Shown here in pieces: positions 52,001 through 64,000 of a stretch of DNA of 64,000 nt; the first letter of the stretch is position 1, and the number at the start of each line of letters is the position of its first letter. Where the stretch lies: NCBI GenBank assembly GCA_040954595.2, contig CM082595.2:10408482-10472481 (forward strand). Reading direction: 5' to 3'. The stretch comes from Balanoglossus misakiensis (Eukaryota; Animalia; Hemichordata). The notes under the pieces are model-generated. The model saw only the letters and a program-made list of their open reading frames with translations. It was not told where the DNA came from and searched no databases. Position numbers and translations under genes: made by a program.

Positions 52001-54200
52001 ACAGTTGACGTTCAAGGGTTAGAGTTTAAGGGTCAGTTGTCAAGTTTAGGGTTTAAGGGTCAAGAGTTTTTTTCAAAGGTCAAGGGTTAGAGATCAAATG
52101 TCAAGGGTAAGAGTTCAAGGGTCAAGGGTAAAGTTAAGGGTCAAGGGTAAGAGCACATGGGTCAAGGGTTGGAGTTCATGGGTCAAGGGTTCAATGGTTA
52201 GAGTCCAAGGTTCAAGTGGTCAAGGGGTCAAAGGTCAAGGATTAGAGTTCAAAGGTCAAGGGTTAGAGTTTAATGGTCAAGGGTTTAAGGGTGAAGCAGG
52301 GTCAGTGGTAAGGTTCAAGGGTCAAGAGTTTTGGGTTCAAGAATTAAATTTCAAGGGTCAAAGGTCAAGGGTGAGAGATCATGACTCAAGGGTCAAATGT
52401 TAGAGTTCAAGAGTGAAGGATTAGAGTTCAAGGGTCAAAGGTCAAGGGTCAAAGATCAAGGATTATAGTTGATGGGTCAACAGTTGGCGTTCAAGGGTTA
52501 GAGTTTAATGGTCACGGGTTCTAGGGTCAAGGGTGTAAGGGTCAAGCATTAAGGCTCAGTTGTCAAGTTTAGGGTTTAACATTTACTATTAGAGAGTAAC
52601 GGAGAGAGAATGGGATAGAGAGTGAGGGGGAGGAGAAGAGAGAGTTCAAGGGTTAGAGTTCAAGGGTCAAAGATCAAGGGTTAGAGATCAATAGTCAAGG
52701 GTAAGAGTTCAAGGGTCAAAGGTCAAGGGTTAGAGTTAAAGAGTTGGAGATTGAGGGTCAAAGGTTCAAGGGTAAGAGCTCAAGGGTCAAGGGTTGGAGT
52801 TCATGGGTCAAAGGTTCAATGGCCAGAGTCCAAGGTTCAAGGGGTCAAGAGTTAGAGTTCAAGAGTTGGAGATCGAGGGTCATGGGGTCAAGGGTAAGAG
52901 CTCAAGGGTCAAGGGTTAGAGTTCATGGGTCAAAGGTTTAATGGTTGGAGTCCAAGGTTCAAGGGGTCAAGGATCAAGGGTTAGAGTTCAAGGGGTCAAG
53001 GGTCAAGGGTTAGAGTTCAAGAGTTGGAGATCGAGGGTCAAGGGGGTCAAGGGTCAAGGCTATGAGCACAAGGATCAAGGGTTAGAGTTCAAGGGGTCAA
53101 GGGTCAAGGATTTGAGTTCAACGGTCAAGGGTTAGAGTTCACCAGCCAAGGATTTGAGTTCAAGGGTCAAAGGTCAAGGGTTAGAGTTCAAGAGTTGGAG
53201 ATCAAGGGGTCAAGGGTCAAAGGTCAAGGATTATTGTTGATGGGTCAACAGTTGGCGTTCAAGGGTTAGAGTTTAATGGTCAAGGGTTCTAGGGTCAAGG
53301 GTTTAAGGGTCAAGCATTCAGGGTCAGTTGTCAAGTTTTGGGTTCAAGGATCAAGAATTTTGTTTCAAGGGTCAAGGATTAAATATCAAGGGTCAAAGGT
53401 CAAGGGTTAGAGATCAAATGTCAAGGATAAGAGTTCAAGGGTCAAATGTTAGAGTTAAAGGGTTCGAGTTCAAGGGTCAAGGGTTAGAGTTCAAGCGACA
53501 AAGGTCAGGGGTTAGAGTTCAGGAGTTGGAGATCAAGGGTCAAAGGTCATGGATTATAGTTGATGGGTCAACAGTTGACGTTCAAGGGTTATAGTTTAAG
53601 GGTCAAGGGTTTAAGGGTCAAGCATTATGGGTCAGTTGTTAAGTTTAGGGTTTAAGGGTCAAGTGTTTTGTTTCAAGGGTCAAAGGTTAGATTTCAAAGG
53701 TCATAGGTCAAGGGTTAGAGATCAAATGTCAAAGGTAAGAGTTCAAGGGTCAAGGTAAGAGTTCAAGGGTCAAGGGTAAGAGCTCATGGGTCAAGGGTTG
53801 GAGGTCATGGGTCAAAGGTTCAATGGTTAGAGTCCAAGGTTCAAGTGGTCAAGGATCAAGTGTTGGAGTTCAATGGTCAAGGATTAGAGTTCAAAGGTCA
53901 ATGGTTAGAGTTTAAGAGTTGGAGATTGAGGGTCAAGGGGTCAAGGGTCAAAGGTCAAGGATTATAGTTGATGGGTCAAGCAGGGTCAGTGGTCAGGTTC
54001 AAGAGTCAAGAGTTTTGGGTTCAAGGGTCTAAGGTCAAGGGTTAGAGATCAAGACTCAAGGGTCAAATGTTAGAGTTCAAGGGTCAAAGGTCAAGGGTTT
54101 AAGAGTTGGAGATCGAGGGTCAAGGGGTTCAAGGGTTATAGTTCAGACAGCTGGTCAATGGTCAAAGGTAAAGTGTTAGAGATCGAGAGTCAAGGGTCAA
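43090..54200 (+). repeat. G-rich satellite built from 7-bp GGGTCAA and 14-bp GGGTTAGAGTTCAA units, with higher-order repeats
   Basis: Continuous array. A GA-rich spacer (aacatttattattagagag...ggggaggagaagagagag) recurs at 43090, 47021 and 52578. Internal duplications of 1158 bp (44370->45528) and 2401 bp (47862->50263). Confidence 0.97.
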
Positions 54201-54759
54201 ATATTAAAAACATGCGATATGGAAATAACATCGCTTTTGTATTGTATAACCCTTGCCTGGGATAAACACCTGATAGAGCATTATGTTTCCTATAATTCAT
54301 AATGTACATAAATAATTCCAGATCAGCGCTGCTTGCAGCTTTAATAATTCTCCAAAATTCGACCGGATTTCGAAAACCGCATAACCTATGGGGCTGAAAC
54401 TTGGTAGGGTGATAGGGACCAATGATTGCAGTGGCTCGTAAATATTTAATTAGTCACATGATAGGGCTGGAGGTCTGGTTTTGGTTGGAGGCCCACCATG
54501 GGGTCAAAATTTTATGCCCCAATTTTGGGTGACCTTTGACTTACTTTCTCATATCTCAGCATCCAGAGCAGTTAGACCCCTGGCGTTTGGGATGATTGAG
54601 CACACAATGGAGTCTTTATACACGAAATTTTGTGACCTTAGGGAAGCCTTTCACTTCGATGTACAATTTCTTCTTTCTTCAGTTCATTAAAATTGTTGCC
54701 CATTGAGCCGATTCACCTATTGTGTACGTGTGTTCATTTAATAAAAGGAATAGCACTCA

Positions 54760-54935
54760 AATCAAATCAAATTGAAATAAATGAAATTAAATTAAATCGA
54801 AATCATATTATTAATGTTATAAAATTAAATTAGAGTAAAATAAATTATATTAATTAAATCAAATAAAAATCAAATTAAATCAAAACAAAACAAATTAATT
54901 AAAATACATTATATTAAACAATCAAATTAAGTTAA
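54760..54935. repeat. AT-rich low-complexity AAATT/AAATC pentamer run
   Basis: aaatcaaatcaaattgaaataaatgaaattaaattaaatc... Confidence 0.85.
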
Positions 54936-54939
54936 ATCC

Positions 54940-57900
54940 ATCTGTCATTCATCCATCATTTATACATCCATCTTTTACCATCCATCTTTGAACCATCCTA
55001 ATATTCATCTATCACCCATCCCATCTATCATCCATAGATCATTCATCCACACTCATCCCGAAACCTAATCCTTACTGGGACCCCACATTAATCCCATGAC
55101 CCAAAACCTCACCCCGAAGTCAGTCCCAGAATTGTACTCTCAAAAAATACTTTATTACTCAAACACCAATCATCGATCCAATTCCAAACTTACACTTTCA
55201 CCATCCCGTCACTACTCCCACCCAACTTCACCCCAGCCTATTCCCACTCGTTCCCCCATCATCACCCTGGCCTCCTTCACCAAAACCGCAGCAGACCACA
55301 TAATGCCTCCCTCTTTTACTCCACACCTTACACCCACCACAAATCCTAGCCATCACCCAACCTATCATAGCCCAAACAACCCAAACCCAAACAAAATTGA
55401 CCCTAGCCCCACTTATCATCATCCAAGCTATCAATGCTCAACGGCAACCCAAATAACTTAAAGATTGGCATAAATCCAAACTCATACCACTGCCACCCCA
55501 AATATACAAAACCAAGACGATATTACGAACCAATACCTACCATTTGTAGCAAATACACGACCAAAGATTTGATGCCATCTATCATCCATATATCATCCTT
55601 CCACACTCATGCCGAAACCTAATCCTTACTGTGGCCCCACCCTAATCCGATAACCCAATCAACTTCGTACCTCAAACATCACCCCGAAGTCAATGCAAGA
55701 ATTATACTATCAAAAAAATTCTTATTACTCAAACACCAATCACCTATCAAACTATAATGTTAAACTAACTCAGCTACCACTCACCACCCCGTCACCACTC
55801 CCACCCAACTTTACCCAAACCTATTCACACTCGCACTCCCATCACCACCCTGGCCTCCTTCACCAAAACCGCACCATCTCTTACACCACACCTTACACCA
55901 ACCACAAATTTAAATCCTGGCAGTCACCCAACCTATTATGCCAAAACAATCCAAACCAAATCAAAATTGACCCTACCCTAAGCCTACCATCAATACCCGA
56001 CGGCAAACCAAATAACACTTAACTCATACCGCTGCCACTCCAACAATACATCAGGACTCTTTTTTTACAAACCATTTGTAGAAAATAGACGACCAAAGAT
56101 TTAATCCCTTCAAATATTCATCTATCACCCATCCCATCTATCACCCATATATCATTCATCCACACTCATCCCAAAACCAAATCCTTACTGGAACCCCACC
56201 TTAAACCAATGACCCAATCCCATTCGTACCTCAAACCCCTACCCGAAGTCAATCCCAGTATTGTACTCTCAAAAAATACCTTATTGCTCAAACACCAATC
56301 ATCGATCCAACTCTAAACTTAAACTAACTCACACGACCTTGTCAGCTATCACCCACCACCCCAACACCACTCACATCCAACTTTACCCGAACATACTCCT
56401 ACTCGTACCCTCATCACCACCCTGGCCTCCTTCACCAAAACCGCACCAGACCCTATAATGCCTCAATCTCTTACGTGACCACCACAAATCCTAGCCATCA
56501 CTCAACCTATCATAGCCCAAACAAACCAAACTCAATCATTCTTGCCCCACTTATCATCAACCAAGCCATCAATGCTCAACGGTGGTAACCCAAATAACAC
56601 TTAACTTAAAGATTGGCATAAACCAAACTCATACCACTGCCACCCGAAATATACAACACCAAGACTCTATTACGAACCAATACCTACCATTTGTAGCAAA
56701 TACACGACCAAAGATTTGATCCCATATATCATCATTCCACACTCATCCCGAAACTTAATCCTTACTGGGCCCCACCCTAATCCGATAACCCAATCAACTT
56801 CGTACCTCAAACATCACCCCGAAGTCAATGCAAGAATTATACTATCAAAAAAATTCATATTACTCAAACACCAATCACCTATCAAACTATAATGTTAAAC
56901 TAAATCAGCTACCACTCACCACCCCGTCACCACTCCCACCCAACTTTACCCAAACCTATTCACACTCGCACTCCCATCACCACCCTGGCCTCCTTCACCA
57001 AAACCGCACCATCTCTTACACCACACCTTACACCAACCACAAATTTAAATCCTGGCAGTCACCCAACCTATTATGCCAAAACAATCCAAACCAAATCAAA
57101 ATTGACCCTACCCTAAGCCTACCATCAATACCCGACGGCAAACCAAATAACACTTAACTCATACCGCTTCCACTCCAACAATACATCAGGACTCTTTTTT
57201 TACAAACCATTTGTAGAAAATAGGCGACCAAAGATTTAATCCCTTCAAATATTCATCTATCACCCATCCCATCTATCACCCATATATCATTCATCCACAC
57301 TCATCCAAAAACCTAATCCTTACGGAACCCCACCTTAAACCAATGACCCAATCCCATTCGTACCTCAAACCTCTCCCCGAAGTCAATCCCAGTGTTGTAC
57401 TCTCAAAAATACCTTATTGCTCAAACAACAATCATCGATCCAACTCAAAACCTAAACTAACTCACACGACCTTGTCAGCTATCACCCACCACCCCAACAC
57501 CACTCACACCCAACTTTACCCGAACATACTCCTACTCGCACCCTCATCACCACCCTTGCCTCGTTCACCCAAGCCGCACCAGACCCTATAATGCCTCAAT
57601 CTCTTACGTGACCACACCTTATTCCCACCACAAATCCTAGCCATCACTCAACCTATCATAGCCCAAACAAACCAAACTCAATCATTCTTGCCCCACTTAT
57701 CATCAATGCATCAATGCATCAATTCTCAACGGTGGTAACCCAAATAATATTTAACTTAAAGATTGGCCTAAACCAAACTCATACCACTGCCACCCTTAAT
57801 ATACAACACCAAGACTCTATTACGAACCAATACCTACCATTTGTAGCAAATACACGCCCAATGATTTGATCCCATCTATCATCCGTATATCATCCTTCCA

Positions 57901-58440
57901 CACTCATCCCGAAACCTAATCCTTACTGGGACCCCAATTTAAACCGACACAATCCACATCTTACATCAAACCTCGACCCGAAGTCAACCCCAGAATTAAA
58001 AAATACGTTATTACTTAAACAACAATCACCGATCCAACTCCAAACTTAAACTAAGGCTCGCGACCTTGCCAGCTATCACCACTACCACACAACTTTACCC
58101 CAACCTATTCCCACGCACTCCTATCAGCACCCAGACCTACATCCCCAAAGCCGCACTAGCCCCACCACAAATTTAAATCCTGGCAGTCACCCAACCTATC
58201 ATAACTCAATTATCCCAAACCAAATCAAAATTGACCCTAGCCCTAACATTGCCCAAGCATGTTATCAATACTCGAAGGCCACCCAAATAACTCTTAATGT
58301 AACAAAAATCCAAACTCGTACTGCAAACCCAACTAATTTAAAACGCTTTTACGCTATTCCGAACCAAAACCTGCAATTTTTATACACGACCAAAGATCCT
58401 GACCATATAAGAACTCACTTCTGTCAATAATCCAAACTCC
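54940..58440 (+). repeat. C/A-rich satellite, ~550-600-bp monomer with a 1135-bp dimeric higher-order unit
   Basis: ccacactcatcccgaaacctaatccttact recurs at ~55048, 55601, 56160, 56737, 57295 and 57898. The ORF offset 55693->56828 is 1135. Confidence 0.93.
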
Positions 58441-58699
58441 TACAAATTCTCTGACAGCTAATTAATAAAATTTATTTATTAAGGATTCAAAACAATGGAA
58501 ATCAATTTGAATCATCTTTTTGAAAATATTATTTAAAACTCATTATTTGGGTGCGAATATGATGATTATTCTATATTCCAAGTATAAATTAAAAATGACT
58601 CATTTATCATTTCCAATTAAAAAAAGGCTTAAAACATTAACTTTGTTTTCGAAAATATAAACACCCCTTGTGGATATATAGAGAATCAACATTTACCGA

Positions 58700-61600
58700 C
58701 ACCCATCTCGCTTGTGTGATATGAGAGTAATAACTCTTCCAAGAGAGACTTTGTCACACATTGTTTATTTCAAATGAAAATGATTTAAAAAGCGATTTCA
58801 ACATAAATACACAATGATTAAATGCTTCAGAACACTTTAAAATCATTCGAAATCTTTAAATACAATACCAAAACGATATTTAGTCCATAACGTACGTTTT
58901 TGATAAAAATTATTAGATAATGATTTCAAACTCAAAAACAGCCCATATTTTTAGGCTTTGAAATGATTTTCGTCTATAATAATCTAATTTAATAAGCTAA
59001 GTTTTTAATATTTGGAATTATAAACAATTATTATGCAAGAAATCACAAAAATGATTTAGCAAGCAATTCCAATATAAATGTTTTTCGAGGCATTGAACCG
59101 GTTTTCTATCATTCTAAAGTCTTTTTTAAAAGTATTACAAAAAAACATTATTTGGCAAGAAAACTGCACAATACGACACTTTAAAATGTTATTTGTTTCA
59201 TATTGCATGTTTTAAATAAAAACGATTCAATAAGCATTTTAAATTGACAACCACTTATTTAGGCCAAAAAAAACAATGTGGGATCATTATTAAACCCTTG
59301 AAGCTTTATTTTCTCACAAAAATGTTTAATACCTTATAAAATCAATGTCATATTCAAAAGGCGTATGTTTAACGGAAATGATTTAACAGGCAATTTCTAT
59401 ATATTTACACCCCTATTAAAGCCTTTGGAAAACTGTTAAATCATTCTAATCTTTCTTTGAACATAACACAAAACCATCCTTTATTCGGGCCCAAAAACTT
59501 CATCGTGCACATTTAACTCAAACACAATCTTATTTAGGATTATAAACATTCTAAATTACTTTTAAAATTTTTCTCTCGATTTAAGGCTTTTAAACACTTT
59601 ATAATCATTCAAAAACTTTCATTGAAAGTATTACTTAAACACAATATTTTGGCACGAAAACTTCTCAATACGACATAAAAATACGATGTATGTTCCATAT
59701 TGCTTTTTTACATTTAAAAAGACAAGAAACATTTCAAAACACTAATTTAGGCATGTAAACACTGTTAGAACATTTGGTAAAAAAACTATTTAATACGGTA
59801 TAAAATGATGTTATATGCACATTGTATATTTTAAAAAAATATGATTAAATAAACAATCGATACATAAATACACGCATATTTAAAGCTCTAATACAGTAAT
59901 ATATAATTCTTAAACCTTTCTTTGTATATATGATAAAAAGCTAATTATTTGGGAATGAAAACTGTTTAAAACGATACTAAAACAATGCTTGTTCCATATT
60001 TCAGGTTTTAAATAAAAATGATCCGTAAAGCATTTTAAAGTTAAATACAAACTTATTTAGGCATAAAAAGCACCCTGGTATCATTATTTAACCCGTCTTT
60101 GAAATTTGATATAAAACGCATTATTTTTCACTTAAAGGGTTTAATTACGGTATGAAATCGTTTTTAATCACATTGTTTACTTCAAATGAAAATGTTTTAA
60201 CAAGCGATTTCAACATGAATGCAACATGATTAAAGGCTTCAAAACACTTGAAAATCATTCTAAACAATTTCTTTGAATATAACCATTAATTTGTGCACAA
60301 AAACTTTAAATACAATACTAAAACGATATATGGTCCATAACGCACTTTTAAATAAAAATTATTAGATAGTGATTTCAAACTCAAAAACACCCAATATTTT
60401 TAGGCTTGCGAATTATTTTTATCTGAAAATATAATTAACTCCAAAAACTGATATAAAATAGATGTTTTGATTCGTATATGTATTGAATAAAATCAAATAA
60501 GCCAAAATTAAGTTTTTAATATGAAAATGATTTAATAAGCAATATAAATGTTTTGCTTATCATTCTAAAGTCTCTTTTGAATGTATTACAAAAAAAACAT
60601 TATTTGGCAAGAAAACTGCTCAAAACGATATTAAAAACGTTATTAGTTTCATATCATATGTATTAAATAAAAACGATTCAATAAGCATTTTAAATTCAAA
60701 ACCACTTATTTATGCTAAAAAACAATGTGGGATCATTTTTTAAAAACCTTTTTGAAATTTTTTTCTATAACACGCTTTAATTTTTCACAAAAAATGTTTA
60801 ATACCTTATAGAATCAATGTCATATTCACAAAGCGTATGTTTAACGGAAATGATTTAACAAGCAATTTCTATATATTTACACCCCTTTTTAAGCCTTTGG
60901 AAAACTGTTAAATCGTTCTAAAACCTTTCTTTGAACATAACATAAAACCATCCTTTATTTGGGCCCAAAAACTTCATATCGCACATTTAACTCAAACACG
61001 GCCTTATTTAGGATTATGAACATTCTAAATTCCTTTTAAAATTTTTCTCTCGATTAAAGGCTTTTAAACACTTTATATAACTTTTCAATACGACATAAAA
61101 AACGATGTTTGTTCCATATTGCTTTTTTATATCTAAAAAGACAAGAAACATTTCAAAACACTAATTTAGGCATTTAAACACTGTTAGAACATTTGATAAA
61201 AAAACTATTTAATACACTATAAAATGATATTATATGCACATTGTATATTTTGAAAAAAATATGATTAAATAAACAATCGATACATAAATACACGCATATT
61301 TAAAGCTCGAATACAGTAATATATAATTCTTAAACCTTTCTTTGTATAAATGATAAAAAACTAATTATTTGGGAGTGAAAACTGTTTAAAACGATACTAA
61401 AACAATGCTTGTTCCATATTTCAGGAAATATAAATAAAAATGATCCGTAAAGCATTTTAAAGTTAAATACAAACTTATTTAGGCATAAGCACGCTCAGAT
61501 CATTATTTAACCCATTTTTGAAATTTGATATAAAACGCATTATTTTTCACTTAAAGGGTTTAATTCGGTATAAAATCGTTTTTATTCACATTGATTACTT

Positions 61601-64000
61601 CAAATGAAAATGTTTTAACAAGCGATTTTAACATGAATGCAACATTCTAAATCATTTCTTTGAATATGCTACAAAACAACCATTAATTTGTGCACAAAAA
61701 CTTTAAATACAATACTAAAACGATATTCGGTCCATAACGCACTTTTAAATAGACATTATTAGATACTGATTTCAAATTCAAAAACACCCAATATTTCTAG
61801 GCTTGCGAATTATTTTCATCTGAAAATATAATAAACTCCACAAACTGATATAAAATAGATGTTTTGATTCGTATATGTATTGAATAAAAATCAAATAAGC
61901 TAAAATTAAGTTTTTAATTTGAAAATGATTTAATAAGCATTTGCAATATAAATGTTTTGCTTATCATTCTAAAGTCTCTTTTCAATGTATTACAAAAAAA
62001 CATTATTTGACAAGAAAACTGCTCAATACGATAATAAAAACGCTGTTAGTTTCATATCGCATGTATTAAATAAAAACGATTCAATAAGCATTTTAAATTC
62101 AAAACCACTTATTTAGGCTAAAAAACAGTGTGGGGTCATTATTAAAAACCTTTTTGAAATTTTTTTCTATAACACGCGTTAATTTTTCAAAAAAATGTTT
62201 AATACCTTATAAAATCAATGTCATATTCACAAAGCGTATGTTTAACGGAAATGATTTAACAAGCAATTTCTATATATTTACATCCCTATTTAAGCCTTTG
62301 GAAAACTGTTAAATCATTCTAAAACCTTTCTTTGATCATAACATAAAACCATCCTTTATTCGGGCCCAAAAACTTCATATCGCACATTTAACTCAAACAC
62401 AATCTTATTTAGGATTATAAACATTCTAAATTCCTTTTAAAAATTTTCTCTCGATTTAAGGCTTTTAAACACATTATAATCATTCAAAAACTTTCACTGA
62501 AAGTATTACTTAAACACAATATTTTGGCACGAAAACTTTTCAATACGACATAAAAAACGATGTATGTTCCACATTGCTTTTTTATATTTAAAAAGACAAG
62601 AAACATTTCAAAACACTAATTTAGGCATGTAAACACTGTTAGAACATATAATAAAAAAAACTATTTAATTCGGTATAAAATGATGTTATATGCACATTGT
62701 ATATTTTGAAAAAAATATGATTAAATAAACAATAGATACATAAATGCACGCATATTTAAAGCTCTAATACAGTAATATGTAATTCTTAAACCTTTCTTTG
62801 TATAGATGATAAAAAACTAATTATTTGGGAATGAAAACTGTTTAAAACGACACTAAAACAATACTTGTTCCATATCAGGTTTTAAATAAAAATGATCCGT
62901 AAAGCATTTTAAAGTTAAATACAAACTTATTCAGGCATAAAAAGCACCCTGAGATCTTTATTTAACCCGTCTTTGAAATTTGATATGAAACGCATTATTT
63001 TTCACTTAAAGGGTTTAATTAGGAATAAAATCCTTTTTATTCACATTGTTTTCTTCAAATGAAAATGTTTTAACAATCGATTTCAACATGAATGCAACAT
63101 GATTAAAGGCTTCAGAACACTTTCATTCTAAATCATTTCTTTGAATATGCTACTAAATAACCATTAATTTGTGCACAAAAACTTTAAATGCAATACTAAA
63201 ACGCTATTTGGTCCATAACGCACTTTTAAAGAGAAATTATTAGATACTGATTTCAAATTCAAAAACACCCAATATTTTTAGGCTTGCGAATTATTTTCAT
63301 CTGAAAATATAATAAACTCCAAAAACTGATATAAAATAGATGTTTTGATTCGTATATGTATTGAATAAAAGTCAAATAAGCCAAAATTAAGTTTTTAATA
63401 TGAAAATGATTTAATAAGCAATATAAATGTTTTGCTTATCATTCTAAAGTCTCTTTTGAATGTATTACAAAAAAACATTATTTGGCAAGAAAACTGCTCA
63501 AAACGATACTAAAAACGTTATTAGTTTCTTATCGCATGTATTAAATAAAAACGATTCAATAAGCATTTTAAATTCAAAACAACTTATTCAGGCTAAAAAA
63601 CAATGTGGGATCATTTTTAAAAACCTTTTTGAAATTTTTTTATATTTACACCCCTATTTAAGCCTTTGGAAAACTGTTAAATCATTCTAAAACCTTTCTT
63701 TGAACATAACATAAAACCATCCTTTATTCGGGCCAGAAAACTTCTTATCGCAAATTTAACTCAAACACACCTTTATTTAGTATTATAAACATTCTAAATT
63801 CCTTTTAAAATTTTTCTCTAGATTTAAGGCTTTTAAACACTTTATATAACTTTTCAATAGGACATAAAAAACGATGTTTGTTCCATATTGCTTTTTTATA
63901 TCTAAAAAGACAAGATACATTTCAAAACACTAATTTAGGCATGTAAACAATGTTAGAACATTTGATAAAAAAAACTATTTAATACGCTATAAAATGATGT
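58700..64000. repeat. AT-rich satellite, ~1.4-kb period with degenerate ~150-170-bp subrepeats (continues past the window)
   Basis: gggcccaaaaacttcat at ~59487, 60961, 62362 and 63730. tatgtttaacggaaatgatttaaca at ~59364, 60836 and 62237. Internal atcattctaaa motif recurs. Confidence 0.93.

Noticed and set aside
44370-53594. ORFs rich in SRVRVQG/KGQGLEF repeats
   Set aside because: They are translations of the 7/14/21-bp satellite, with no splice or coding signal.
55096-57591. Pro/His/Thr/Asn-rich ORFs
   Set aside because: By-products of the C/A-rich satellite; the frames are not kept between monomers.

Overview
Eukaryotic (animal) genomic DNA, probably from a marine invertebrate (inferred from repeat style only); no intact gene is present. 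About 1-43050 is a tandem segmental triplication. Copy 1 is <=1-16985, copy 2 is 16986-31673 with a 2230-bp deletion, and copy 3 is 31674-~42688 and partial. The unit holds a decayed, spliced, + strand cysteine-rich gene: five exons of GCC2/GCC3 (ephrin-receptor-like) Cys repeats, then an array of 114-123-bp phase-1/phase-1 exons that each encode an EGF-like module with 8 cysteines instead of 6. The unit is riddled with non-autonomous DNA transposons (TTAA/Kolobok-like, P-like, Tigger/pogo-like, HINE-like), a truncated Gypsy-type LTR element (LTR+PBS+gag+protease start) and a truncated CR1/L2-type LINE. From ~43090 to the end are three satellites: an 11-kb G-rich GGGTCAA/GGGTTAGAGTTCAA array with higher-order structure, a C-rich ~560-bp/1135-bp repeat and an AT-rich ~1.4-kb repeat. 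The most novel-looking signals are the 8-Cys EGF exon array (possible inter-domain disulfide-locked rod) and the satellite built from nuclear-receptor DR1-like half-sites. All coordinates and translations were read by eye.
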